64,000 bases of DNA from an uncultured Alphaproteobacteria bacterium (lineage in GTDB: Bacteria > Pseudomonadota > Alphaproteobacteria > Rs-D84). Of this stretch, positions 18,538-27,692 are shown one piece after another. The notes below the pieces were generated by a model, which saw only the letters and a program-made list of their open reading frames with translations, was not told the DNA's origin and did not search any database. Location: assembly GCA_934230415.1 (NCBI GenBank), contig CAKQEW010000001.1, forward strand, positions 12,258 to 76,257. The letters are read 5' to 3'. Made by a program: the position numbers and the translations under genes. Positions within the stretch are counted from its first letter, which is position 1. Each line of letters starts with the position of its first letter.

Positions 18538-18990
18538 ATGAGCAGAGAGCAATGCCGACACCCCGCCCTGCGTCGGGGTGACGAATGTTGTGTAATTGAA
18601 CGCCATTTTTGCTGAATATTGTACAACAGCGAATGGGAGTATTTTTAGAAACCCTATTCCTGCCTGCGCAGGAATGAATCCAAGCGAAGCGCAGGATGCG
18701 GCAAGGACGCAGTCCGCAGGCGACACGTTTGAAAACAGACTACAAAAAAACTCGTCACCCCGACACCCGGGTCCCGAGGACACCACCCACGGAATCCAGG
18801 TAATATAAATGTTGCGAGCGAATACGAGTGCAAATACAAAACGTTGCGGGCTCTCAAGACCACCCCGGCACTCCGTGCCACCCCTCCACCGGAGGGGAAC
18901 TTGGTCCACGACAGTAAGAAACAAGTGCGCCGAATGGCGCACTTCATTGCTCTCTGCACTCTGCTCTTTGCTCTCTTTCTTGTTGTGGCA
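18538..18990. repeat. GC-rich intergenic repeat element, copy A, with terminal inverted repeats gagcagagagcaatg ... cattgctctctgc(ac)tctgctc
   Basis: Unusually long (550 bp) and GC-rich pal-ftsE intergenic region. Internal palindromes (cctgcgcagg, gtcggggtgac/gtcaccccgac). Shares ggaggggaacttggtcc (inverted) and aactcgtcacccc with the element at 39400-39610. Overlapping six-frame ORFs are judged spurious. Confidence 0.5.
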
Positions 18991-19049
18991 CACAATAAGA
19001 AAAAACTTTTCTTTTGACCGGGATTTCTTTTTTTACTAATATCCAAATC

Positions 19050-19841
19050 ATGACAGACAAGACCGCAATATCTTTCGCAAATGTTGGCGCCGCATATGAC
19101 GGCGGACGCGAGGTTTTAACCGATGTATCTTTTAACATCAGTGCGGGCGCATTCTATTTCCTGTCGGGGGCATCGGGCGCGGGTAAAACAACATTGCTGC
19201 GACTGATTTACCAATTACATAAACCATCGCGTGGCCAGATTAAGTTATTTGGTGCCACAACAAACGATATGTCGCGCGATGATATTGCACGTTTGCGCCA
19301 TAAAATGGCAATTGTGTTTCAGGAATATTCACTGCTGTCGCACCTGACTGTGTTTGATAATATCGCATTGCCACTGCGCGTGCGTGGTGTTGCCGAAGAT
19401 AAAATAAAAAAACTGGTGGACAAGGTTCTGGAATGGGTCGGATTGGCAAAATACGCCGACGCAAATCCGTTGGCGCTGTCCGGGGGCCAGCAACAGCGCG
19501 TGTCTGTGGCGCGTGCAATTATTGTTCAGCCGGCGATATTATTGGCGGACGAACCGACTGGAAACCTGGACGATGAAAATGCATCGCGACTGATGGAACT
19601 GTTTATCCAGATGAACAAGATGTTTGGCACAACAATTATTCTGGCCACACACAGTCAGAAATTAATGGACACGTATAAATTCCCGGTTATTCGCGTTGAA
19701 AACCACCGTGTGGGTTTCGTTGGCGGCGATAAAAAATCCACCACGACCGAATCGGAACCGCGCAAGGTGTGGAAGGGTCCAAAACCACAAAACTATTTTA
19801 CAGAATTATCAAAACAATTTGACGATATCGGAAACGCATGA
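19050..19841 (+). CDS. ftsE: cell-division ABC transporter ATP-binding protein
   Basis: Walker A GASGAGKTTLL, ABC signature LSGGQQQRV, Walker B ILLADEPTGNLD. Start taken at MTDKTAISF. The ORF opens at 19014. Confidence 0.85.
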   Translation: MTDKTAISFANVGAAYDGGREVLTDVSFNISAGAFYFLSGASGAGKTTLLRLIYQLHKPSRGQIKLFGATTNDMSRDDIARLRHKMAIVFQEYSLLSHLTVFDNIALPLRVRGVAEDKIKKLVDKVLEWVGLAKYADANPLALSGGQQQRVSVARAIIVQPAILLADEPTGNLDDENASRLMELFIQMNKMFGTTIILATHSQKLMDTYKFPVIRVENHRVGFVGGDKKSTTTESEPRKVWKGPKPQNYFTELSKQFDDIGNA

Positions 19842-20680
19842 AAAAGAAACCTGTTGTATTTTCATTGGTTCACAGCCAGTCGGCATTTATGACCGCGATT
19901 ATGTCATTGCTGACGTTCTTGGCCGTGTTGGCGTTTGGAATCAGCCTGGCGATTGGAACCGGCGTGGCACGCTGGAACGCACAATGGGAACTGTTCGCAA
20001 CGGTTCAGGTTATGAATTCTGACAATGGCGCGGCGGTCAAAAAAATCATAAATGAAAACCGCGATAAGATGACATCTGTGAACGAAATTTCCGAATCGGA
20101 AATGACCGAATTAATGCGACCATGGATGGCAGGAAATGCGGGGGCACTGAAAAACTATCTGCCCCAGATGTATGAAATAAAATTTAAATCGCGCGATGAT
20201 TTGAAAACCGTGGGCGATTTGATTTCACCACGTGCGCGTTTTTTAACACACAGCACCGCCCTGCGCACCAGTACGACCGCCGGATGGTACATGATAATGA
20301 TTTCAACATTGGTGTTGATTATGGTACTGGGGACAATTACATTGTGCGTGTCATATATTGCACGCAACACGGCAATGCTACACCGGCGTGAATTGGAAAT
20401 ACTGAATCAAATTGGTGCATCCGATTCGTTCGTTGCACGTCAAATGCAAATCATTGTCGCGCGTATATCGGCCGTGGCGGCACTGACCGGTTTTGCGGCG
20501 GCGTCATTTGTACTGATGATGATTATTGGCACCGCGCACAGTGCACGTGTCGGCCTGATGGCGATGATTGGATTATCTGGTGCGGGCTGGTTTGCGATGA
20601 TCGGCCTGGCGGTTGCGATTGTTATTTTGGCAATACGCGTAACACGCCGCACAACGTTAAAGATTCTTGAAAACGACTGA
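19838..20680 (+). CDS. ftsX: cell-division ABC transporter permease
   Basis: Overlaps the ftsE stop. 4 TM segments with a large periplasmic loop, typical of FtsX. Confidence 0.8.
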   Translation: MKKKPVVFSLVHSQSAFMTAIMSLLTFLAVLAFGISLAIGTGVARWNAQWELFATVQVMNSDNGAAVKKIINENRDKMTSVNEISESEMTELMRPWMAGNAGALKNYLPQMYEIKFKSRDDLKTVGDLISPRARFLTHSTALRTSTTAGWYMIMISTLVLIMVLGTITLCVSYIARNTAMLHRRELEILNQIGASDSFVARQMQIIVARISAVAALTGFAAASFVLMMIIGTAHSARVGLMAMIGLSGAGWFAMIGLAVAIVILAIRVTRRTTLKILEND

Positions 20681-21189
20681 TGAAATTATTACCCCCCTCT
20701 TTGCTGTTTCTGGCACTGTTTTTAATTGGTGGCATGATATTTAAGTCAATGGCACCGACCCAGTGCGGTGAAATATTACCGGATGACAGTATATTTGTTC
20801 TGACTGGTGATATGCGACGGATTCCATTTGCCATGCGGATGATGCACGCGTACCCCGATGCCGACCTGTATATCATTGGTGCGGGCGCGGTTGGCACATA
20901 TGAAATGACCGGACGCGTGACGATTGAATCTGAATCAAAATCAACATATCAAAATGCGCGCGCAATTCGCGATATTGTGACCCAACGCGGACTGGATCGA
21001 ATCGTTATTGTCACAACCGAAGATCATATGAATCGCGCACAATACCTGGTGCGTGGGGAATTACCCAGTACCCAGATTGTTGCATGTCCAACACGTCTGT
21101 CGGGCATGCCGGCACCACGCCGCCTGGAACGATGGGCGACCGAATACATTAAATACATCGTGACACTGATTGGGATAAAGGAAGGATAA
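20680..21189 (+). CDS. DUF218 (YdcF/ElyC/SanA-like) domain protein
   Basis: N-terminal TM, then ...YIIGAGAVG...DRIVIVTTEDHMNRAQ. This resembles DUF218 proteins. Confidence 0.45.
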   Translation: MKLLPPSLLFLALFLIGGMIFKSMAPTQCGEILPDDSIFVLTGDMRRIPFAMRMMHAYPDADLYIIGAGAVGTYEMTGRVTIESESKSTYQNARAIRDIVTQRGLDRIVIVTTEDHMNRAQYLVRGELPSTQIVACPTRLSGMPAPRRLERWATEYIKYIVTLIGIKEG

Positions 21190-21193
21190 CGCT

Positions 21194-21901
21194 ATGTTGC
21201 GAACACTGTTATTTAAATTGATTTTGGCATTGTATTACATCGTGTGGTCACCAATTATTTTAATTGGCCTGGTGTATAAGCCATTAAATAATTTTCTGGT
21301 GCTGTCGTGCGCCGGTGGCGTGTTGGTCCTGGCGCGGTTGATTGCCGGTATCAAATACAAAATTCATTTTCCCCCAACCGAAGAAAACGGTATCCCATTT
21401 GCCCCAGATGAAAACGCCCGCACCGATGGCAAGGCAATCATCGCAGCAAAACATATGTCCATATTGGAAATTGCGATTTTATCCACGCATATTCCGAATT
21501 CATTTTTTATTGTAAAGCGTGAAATTATGTGGTTACCGATTTACGGTTGGGCGTTTTGGCGCATGGGGCTGCAGCCTGTTAACCGTGCACGTGGCGCAAC
21601 TAATATGAAAAAATTATCGCACGCGGTTGCAAAAAAAATTATGGACGGACAAACACTGATTATTTTTCCAGAAGGCACCCGTGTTAAACCCGGTGCCCGT
21701 CCGGCGCTGCGACGTGGGCTGCTGTTTTTGGCACACGAATTAAAATTACCAATTATCCCGGTTGGTACCGATGCCGGTCTGTATTGGCCAAAGCGCGGTC
21801 GCATGCACAGTGGCACCGCAAACGTCTGGATTGAACCAATGTTGCCGTGCAACGCAACACTGGATGAAATCAGTGCGGCAATAAATCGCCACAGTGCATA
21901 A
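21194..21901 (+). CDS. plsC: 1-acyl-sn-glycerol-3-phosphate acyltransferase
   Basis: N-terminal TM. HxxxxD/E-like motif (AAKHMSILE). FPEGTR motif. Confidence 0.75.
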   Translation: MLRTLLFKLILALYYIVWSPIILIGLVYKPLNNFLVLSCAGGVLVLARLIAGIKYKIHFPPTEENGIPFAPDENARTDGKAIIAAKHMSILEIAILSTHIPNSFFIVKREIMWLPIYGWAFWRMGLQPVNRARGATNMKKLSHAVAKKIMDGQTLIIFPEGTRVKPGARPALRRGLLFLAHELKLPIIPVGTDAGLYWPKRGRMHSGTANVWIEPMLPCNATLDEISAAINRHSA

Positions 21902-21905
21902 ATCA

Positions 21906-21932
21906 AACCCGCGCCCGCAAAACGCGGGCTTT
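21906..21932. terminator. Terminator after plsC (cccgcgcccgcaaaacgcgggcttttt)
   Basis: GC hairpin plus T-run. Confidence 0.55.
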
Positions 21933-21999
21933 TTTACTTCTGGGTATCTGGGGGTGTTTTCCTGGGCGCGTATTGATATGGTTTGAATAAATTTGCACA

Positions 22000-22410
22000 T
22001 TATTTGCACCAACCGGCACGGCGACCACCGCTGTATGGCCGCCCCAGTTTTTCAGAAATCAAAATCCCGCCAATGTCGCGACCTGTTGTATCAAATACGC
22101 GCGCATCAATTCGCCCCAGGTATTTATCATCCTTGATTTCACGCAAATCAACAATTGTGCCAACCGGCGCCAGTTCCCCCAGCCGATTTCGCGCGGCATT
22201 TGCCGCGGCAATTTCATCTGCACATTGACCATGTATTTCCGGCGTATCCACATTTATCAATCGCACCCGCACAGAAATCTGGGTTTCATCCGCCAACATA
22301 ACGCGCCCCGCGAACGTATCACCATCAATAATATAATCCACCACCGCCGGCGTGGCGTGCGCCGCCCCGGTCACAAAACAAAATAATAAAAATGAAAATA
22401 TTTTCCGCAT
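22000..22410 (-). CDS. secreted thermonuclease (staphylococcal nuclease-like) protein
   Basis: Signal peptide. DGDTF...VRLINVDTPE resembles the SNase catalytic core. Confidence 0.65.
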   Translation of the reverse strand: MRKIFSFLLFCFVTGAAHATPAVVDYIIDGDTFAGRVMLADETQISVRVRLINVDTPEIHGQCADEIAAANAARNRLGELAPVGTIVDLREIKDDKYLGRIDARVFDTTGRDIGGILISEKLGRPYSGGRRAGWCK

Positions 22411-22426
22411 CTGTTATCTATTCTCT

Positions 22427-22455
22427 AAAAAATGCGCCATTTGGCGCATTTTTTA
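22427..22455. terminator. Terminator after tolB (aaaaaatgcgccatttggcgcatttttt)
   Basis: Palindrome family member. Confidence 0.55.
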
Positions 22456-23790
22456 TGGCAAACGTGGCGACCACGTCGGTTCAACACCGTTGACATTTTC
22501 AGGCAATTCAATGTCATACACATTTTGACCGGTGATATCCACACTGCGGATATGACTGATACGTTCTATGTCATCAAACGCCTTTTCTGTTTCATAATAT
22601 ACCAGGCGGCGCGACCCCGGGGCCCAGGATGGGGCCTCCATATACCAGCCACCGGCCAAGATTTTTTCATTACGGCCACGCGGGTCCATAATGCCGATAT
22701 AGAACGTATCGTCTGCAATTTTCGTAAATGCAATAAATTGCCCATCTGGCGACCACGCCGGTGTGGCATAGCGCCCCGCCCCGTACGTCAGGCGCGATGG
22801 TTCCAATTTATCCAAATCCATAATCCAGATTTGCTGATTACCACTGCGGTCTGAATTGAACACCATTTTCTTGCCGTCTGGGGAATATGACGGACTGGTA
22901 TTCAGTGAATGTCCAAATGTTAATTGGCGCAACTGTTTGGATTCAATATCATATTCATATATATGCGTAATGCCATTTTTTACTAGTGACAATGCGACCC
23001 GCGAACCATCTGGCGAAAAACGCGGTGAAAAATTCATCCCACCAAATTGTCCCAGACGACGCTGTTCACCCGTATCCAAATCCAACGTCCACACCATCGG
23101 GTCATCGTTGCGATACGACAGGAACACAACCGTCTGCATATTTGGCGAAAAATGTGGCGACATCACAAACGTTTTATCATCTGACAGGTACCGCAACCCG
23201 AAACCATCCTGATCCATAATGGCCAAACGTTTTACACGATTGTTCACCGGCCCGGTTTCGGCAATAAACACAATTTGTGTATCAAAATATCCTACTTCAC
23301 CCGTCAGGCGTTCGTAAATTCCATCCGCCATAATATGTGCCAAACGGCGCACTGATTTTTTGGACGATACCAACGATTGCGCCTCTATCTGTTCTTTGCC
23401 GGCAACATCCCATACGTAAAATTCCAATTTATATTTGTTTCCCGGTTCGGCATATAATTTCGCCTGAACCAGAACCTGGGCCTTTATCGCCGACCACAGG
23501 TTAAATTTCGGCATATCACCCATCTTGACATATTCTGGGAATGCATCATGATTTGCAATACGGAACAGTCCCGTGGATTTTAAATCTTTTTCAACAACTT
23601 CTCGTATCATTGCGGCATCTTTGGGCGATGCGGTACCGGCAACCTCAAACTTTTCAACTGCAACAGAAATTGGCTCGGTCGCGCCGGCGATAATATCAAC
23701 CTTTAATTCCGCATGCGCCGGAATTACCAGCCACGCGCACAATATAAATAATGACAAAATTTTCTTTAACATCCGTTCGTTCCTTTCCAT
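22453..23790 (-). CDS. tolB: Tol-Pal system beta-propeller protein TolB
   Basis: Signal peptide. N-terminal TolB domain and repeated PxWSPDG / FSPDG beta-propeller blades. Confidence 0.85.
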   Translation of the reverse strand: MERNERMLKKILSLFILCAWLVIPAHAELKVDIIAGATEPISVAVEKFEVAGTASPKDAAMIREVVEKDLKSTGLFRIANHDAFPEYVKMGDMPKFNLWSAIKAQVLVQAKLYAEPGNKYKLEFYVWDVAGKEQIEAQSLVSSKKSVRRLAHIMADGIYERLTGEVGYFDTQIVFIAETGPVNNRVKRLAIMDQDGFGLRYLSDDKTFVMSPHFSPNMQTVVFLSYRNDDPMVWTLDLDTGEQRRLGQFGGMNFSPRFSPDGSRVALSLVKNGITHIYEYDIESKQLRQLTFGHSLNTSPSYSPDGKKMVFNSDRSGNQQIWIMDLDKLEPSRLTYGAGRYATPAWSPDGQFIAFTKIADDTFYIGIMDPRGRNEKILAGGWYMEAPSWAPGSRRLVYYETEKAFDDIERISHIRSVDITGQNVYDIELPENVNGVEPTWSPRLP

Positions 23791-23870
23791 GAATATTACG
23801 CCAGTTATTCTATATTCATCAATTCAAAAAATCAAATATCTATTATCTGCACAAACGCACACACAACCGC

Positions 23871-23966
23871 CATTACACACGTGATTACACCCGTAATTAC
23901 AGCCGCCATCACATTTGTATTGACAAACGTCAACACAATGTTATAGTCACTTGTAAAGACACAGGT
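23871..23966. repeat. Eight tandem degenerate 12-bp repeats (consensus ~NATTACACNNGT) overlapping a TTGACA-16-TATAGT promoter
   Basis: Unit-by-unit read: cattacacacgt / gattacacccgt / aattacagccgc / catcacatttgt / attgacaaacgt / caacacaatgtt / atagtcacttgt / aaagacacaggt. Confidence 0.6.
23920..23947 (+). promoter_or_regulatory. candidate sigma70 promoter (TTGACA-16 bp-TATAGT) for the RHH gene, embedded in the 12-bp repeat array
   Basis: Consensus -35 at 23920-23925 and -10 at 23942-23947. ATG at 23993 with AGGAG RBS. Confidence 0.4.
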
Positions 23967-23992
23967 ATTGCAGTTAGTATAGGAGTCTGTCT

Positions 23993-24217
23993 ATGCCAAA
24001 CGTTATGCAACAGTTGTTCATTATGAACATTGAATCATTGCTGCGTGAATATGCGGCGTACCGCACGTTTAATAAATCTGATTGTGTTATAAATATGCGA
24101 ATTCCGCGCCCTATTCTGGACCGGATTAAACAACTGGCTGAACAGCAACACGTCCCGTACCAATCCCTGATATCGTCTGTATTATTTTCCCTGGCGAATA
24201 TAGAAGAACCAAAATAA
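23993..24217 (+). CDS. small ribbon-helix-helix (CopG/BrnA antitoxin-like) DNA-binding protein
   Basis: 74 aa. ...RIPRPILDRIKQLAEQQHVPYQSLISSVLFSLAN resembles BrnA/CopG-type RHH proteins. No cognate toxin gene adjacent. Confidence 0.4.
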   Translation: MPNVMQQLFIMNIESLLREYAAYRTFNKSDCVINMRIPRPILDRIKQLAEQQHVPYQSLISSVLFSLANIEEPK

Positions 24218-24305
24218 CACCGTCCGCATTCCACCTGGACGCGCAAAGACATAAAAAAAAACGGATGACATACATCATCCGTTTTTTTATTTATATATGT
24301 GGATT

Positions 24306-24671
24306 TTACCAGCTCTTTAATGCATCAACGGCGCATCCACCAATTGTGCCATTCATAAACAATGTCAGCACGGTACCGATACTGAACAGTAAAACAAAGC
24401 CAACCAGCATACCAATACCCTTGCCCTGAACATCTTTCAATTCAACTTTACCAGACGAGATATAACCCCACGCCCATCCGGCGATAATAAATGCCGCACC
24501 AACAAATGCCAATGTACGCAATGTGCTGAATAAACCACCCAGTTCATCCAACAGTTTGCACAGCCCTTCCTCGTTAATGCCGGTCATTTGTCCCGACGGT
24601 GCCGCAAATGCCGGCACAGACGCCATCAGACCAATCAGTGCAAAGTTAAATTTTTTTATCAGTTTTTTCAT
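24306..24671 (-). CDS. VirB2/TrbC-family T4SS pilin-like protein
   Basis: 121 aa. Long signal peptide (MKKLIKKFNFALIGLMASVPAFA) followed by two hydrophobic helices separated by a short loop, the VirB2 topology. Resembles the scattered RvhB2-like paralogs of Rickettsiales. Confidence 0.4.
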   Translation of the reverse strand: MKKLIKKFNFALIGLMASVPAFAAPSGQMTGINEEGLCKLLDELGGLFSTLRTLAFVGAAFIIAGWAWGYISSGKVELKDVQGKGIGMLVGFVLLFSIGTVLTLFMNGTIGGCAVDALKSW

Positions 24672-24805
24672 ACAAAACCCCTTTCCTTTTCCGTAATTTT
24701 ATCATAAATTTCGCCCCCATTCAAATACATTTTATAAACAATTACGCGCACCAAACAGTGCGCGTAATATCTATCATTTGTGAAACGCACCGATGGCGCA
24801 TTTTT

Positions 24806-25171
24806 TTACTGTGCAACAATCACATAACGGCGTTTCAAAACCGGTTCGCCACATTTTGGCGCATGTGCCTGGCACGCATTACATGGTGCCGGCTTGGCCG
24901 CTGGGACAATTGCCTGGCGATCATGACGTGGGGCCTGGCCCAGGTTGTCGCGTGCATACAAATCCGCGCAGCGTGTGTTGCGATAAACAATCTTTTTACC
25001 ATTGTTCATATCGTAAATATCGTTGTTAAAGTGACGGCCACGTTCACCCATTGTGTAAACGCAATCTTCGCCATCCTGGGTGTACTGAATACCCCCCTGG
25101 TAATAATCATAGCTGCCACCGCATGCCGCCAGGGCCGCCAGCGCAAAAACAGAAACCAAAACCTTTTTCAT
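24806..25171 (-). CDS. hypothetical lipoprotein
   Basis: Lipobox ...LAALAACGGS. 121 aa. Antisense to the spurious N-terminal extension of the fba ORF. Confidence 0.4.
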   Translation of the reverse strand: MKKVLVSVFALAALAACGGSYDYYQGGIQYTQDGEDCVYTMGERGRHFNNDIYDMNNGKKIVYRNTRCADLYARDNLGQAPRHDRQAIVPAAKPAPCNACQAHAPKCGEPVLKRRYVIVAQ

Positions 25172-25324
25172 GTTATCCCCCGTTCAGAGTTTCAATATTC
25201 CCAATCCGGCCCCCGATTCGGATATTATTGTTGCACAAAAACGCCTGTTGTCAAGGCACACAAAAAACATCAATCGCACATGCACCATAAATATGATATA
25301 ATTGCCGCAAAAGGATGGAACGAT

Positions 25325-26269
25325 ATGAAGTATTCTGATTTTGGTCTGACAAATACCCGCGACATGTTCGCAGATGCAATTCATCGCCACTATGCCGTGC
25401 CGGCATTTAACTTTTACAATATGGAAACCATGCAGGCAATTTTGTCTGCCGCACGCGACATGCACAGCCCGGTAATCCTGGCCGTGTCTGAATCCGCCCT
25501 GAAATACATGGGTGGCGACATGCTGATGGGGATGATACGTGGCGCAAAAATCACGCCAGAACAACGTGTGGCATTGCACCTGGACCATGGTGCCAGTTTC
25601 CAGGCATGCCAAACCGCACTGGAATTAGGTTTTTCATCCGTCATGATTGACGCCAGCAAATTGCCATTTGACGAAAACGTGGACCTGTCGCGCCGGGTTG
25701 CCGAATTGGCACACAAATACGATGCCACGACCGAGGCTGAACTGGGCACCATATCAGGCATAGAAGACGAAAATACCTTTTCAGACCATTCCAGCTATAC
25801 CAACCCCGATGACGTAATAAAATTTGTAAACGCAACCGGGATTGATTCACTGGCCATCGCCATCGGCACCAGCCACGGCGCATACAAACGCAAAAACGCA
25901 AATGAAAAATTGCGCCTGGATATATTGGAAAAAATTGCCCAACAATTGCCTGAATTTCCATTGGTATTGCATGGCGCATCCAGCATTCCGCAACACTTTG
26001 TCAAAACCATAAATGAATTTGGTGGCGCATTACCCGGCGCATTGGGAATTGACCCACACCAGTTGCGCGCAGCAACCGAAATGAACATTTGCAAAATAAA
26101 TGTGGACAGTGATTCCCGCCTGGCGTTCACCGCGGGCGTCCGTGAAACGTTGGCACACCACCCAGAAATGTTTAACCCTCGTGATTTTCTGAAACCCGGG
26201 CGTCAGAATATCTATGATAACTGCATAGATGAAATCAAAAACATCATGGGTTCAGATAATAAGTTATAA
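25325..26269 (+). CDS. fba: fructose-bisphosphate aldolase, class II
   Basis: MKYSDFGLTNTRDMFADAIHRHYAVPAFNFYNMETMQAIL..., HLDHG zinc-binding motif. The N-terminal 190 codons of ORF 24758-26269 are not part of the gene. Confidence 0.85.
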   Translation: MKYSDFGLTNTRDMFADAIHRHYAVPAFNFYNMETMQAILSAARDMHSPVILAVSESALKYMGGDMLMGMIRGAKITPEQRVALHLDHGASFQACQTALELGFSSVMIDASKLPFDENVDLSRRVAELAHKYDATTEAELGTISGIEDENTFSDHSSYTNPDDVIKFVNATGIDSLAIAIGTSHGAYKRKNANEKLRLDILEKIAQQLPEFPLVLHGASSIPQHFVKTINEFGGALPGALGIDPHQLRAATEMNICKINVDSDSRLAFTAGVRETLAHHPEMFNPRDFLKPGRQNIYDNCIDEIKNIMGSDNKL

Positions 26270-26306
26270 AAACAAACCACGCGCCGAAAGGCGCGTGGTT
26301 TCTTAT
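26270..26306. terminator. Terminator between fba and efp (aaccacgcgccgaaaggcgcgtggtt)
   Basis: 11-bp perfect stem with GAAA loop. Confidence 0.6.
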
Positions 26307-26408
26307 TTCAAAATGAATTAGAACGGCGCAGATTGTGGGTGTGACGAAGGCGAAGTGTATTGAACATACACGAGCCGCCGCCACGCCCGCCAGATGTGCC
26401 GTTATAAT

Positions 26409-26978
26409 TTATTTGGCGCGTTCAACGTATTCCAGGGTTTCGGTATTGACCACGATTTTTTCACCGGATTCAACGAACAAAGGAACCTGGACGCGAATAC
26501 CGTTGTCCAAAACGGCCGGTTTGCCACCACTGCTGGATGCGGTCTGACCCTTTAATGCTGGTTCGGTTTCTTCAACCGTGGCGATAACTGTTTTTGGCAA
26601 TGAAATGGATACTGGTTTGCCTTCTACAAAGTTCGCCTTTACATTCATTTCTGGGGCCAAGAATTTCATCTGTTCGCCCAGTGAATCAACCGGCATCGTA
26701 AACTGCTCATAGTCAGACAGGTTCATAAAGAACGCGTCAGTGCCATCAGAATACAAATACTGGCATTCAAAATCTTCAACCATCAGTTTTTCAACCTTGT
26801 CTTCGGCGCGCCAGCGATCGCCACCCTTGTTGCCAGAATCAATATCACGCAGGTCCGCCTGGACGAACGCGCCGCCCTTGCCCGGTTTAACCTTTGTAAT
26901 AGATGTAACAGAATAACGGCGGCCATTGTGCGAAATCACCCAACCCACGCGCATATCATTTGCAATATATGATGCCAT
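26409..26978 (-). CDS. efp: elongation factor P
   Basis: 189 aa. KPGKGGAFV loop with the conserved modified-Lys context. Three OB-like domains. Confidence 0.9.
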   Translation of the reverse strand: MASYIANDMRVGWVISHNGRRYSVTSITKVKPGKGGAFVQADLRDIDSGNKGGDRWRAEDKVEKLMVEDFECQYLYSDGTDAFFMNLSDYEQFTMPVDSLGEQMKFLAPEMNVKANFVEGKPVSISLPKTVIATVEETEPALKGQTASSSGGKPAVLDNGIRVQVPLFVESGEKIVVNTETLEYVERAK

Positions 26979-27041
26979 TGTTTTACCTCTTTGATTTTTG
27001 TGTTTGAATTATAAAAACGCAACCGCCACTATGCAAGGTTT

Positions 27042-27584
27042 TTATTGCGCTGTGCGCTTGTGTTCCCAGTACCGATCAATGCTGTCCATAATCAGTTTGT
27101 CGGCCGTATCACGATCCGCCCAACCGGACACCTTGGACCATGAATTCGGTTGCAAATCCTTGTAGTGCTGGAAAAAGTATTCAATTTTTGAACGCAGAAT
27201 TTCCGGCAACTGTTCAATGTATTCTGTATTGGTGTAAAATGGGTCAATCCGATCCAATGGCACACAGATGATTTTTTCGTCACCGCCCGCCTGATCTTCC
27301 ATAACCAGGGCGCCGATTGGGCGAACCTCTATCAACACACCGGGACGTAATGGCGCATTACACACAACCACACAATCCAACGGGTCGCCATCGTCCCCCA
27401 ATGTTCCCGGGAAATATCCATAGTTTGCCGGATACGCCATTGGCGCATGCAAAATTCTGTCCACACGTGGCAGTCCGGTTTCTTTATCAATTTCGTATTT
27501 TACAAATCCATTTTCTGGAACCTCTATAATTGCGTTCATCTTTTTCGGGGGCATTTTCCCCGGCGCAATTTCTGCTATTGTCAT
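27042..27584 (-). CDS. ppa: inorganic pyrophosphatase
   Basis: DRILHAPMAYPANYGYFPGTLGDDGDPLDCVV family signature. Start at MTIAEI with AAGGA RBS. The ORF extends to 27686. Confidence 0.9.
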   Translation of the reverse strand: MTIAEIAPGKMPPKKMNAIIEVPENGFVKYEIDKETGLPRVDRILHAPMAYPANYGYFPGTLGDDGDPLDCVVVCNAPLRPGVLIEVRPIGALVMEDQAGGDEKIICVPLDRIDPFYTNTEYIEQLPEILRSKIEYFFQHYKDLQPNSWSKVSGWADRDTADKLIMDSIDRYWEHKRTAQ

Positions 27585-27649
27585 ACTGCTATCCTTTGTT
27601 TGGGCTGGCAATGGTACCAGAAAAAATCTGCAATGCAAACGAATCGGCC

Positions 27650-27672
27650 AACAAAAAAAGCGCCCGCAACGG
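27650..27672. terminator. Terminator downstream of dnaN (gcgcccgcaacggggcgc + T-run on minus strand)
   Basis: GC hairpin in the ppa-dnaN gap. Confidence 0.4.
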
Positions 27673-27692
27673 GGCGCATTTTTCATACAGAA

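Noticed and set aside
18406-19046. Six-frame ORFs of 130-195 aa on both strands within the pal-ftsE spacer
   Set aside because: They lie entirely inside the GC-rich palindromic repeat element. The translations are Arg/Pro/Gly-rich low-complexity, with no RBS and no homology. Open frames are expected by chance in GC-rich, stop-poor DNA.
23871-23966. Possible CRISPR array (short tandem repeats)
   Set aside because: Units are only 12 bp, contiguous with no spacers, and degenerate. This fits an operator or iteron array, not CRISPR. No cas genes nearby.
24758-25324. Long N-terminal extension of the 503-aa ORF that contains fba
   Set aside because: The aldolase homology starts at MKYSDFGL (25325). 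The upstream part is Cys/His-rich nonsense-like sequence, and it is antisense to a plausible lipoprotein gene with a proper lipobox (24806-25171).
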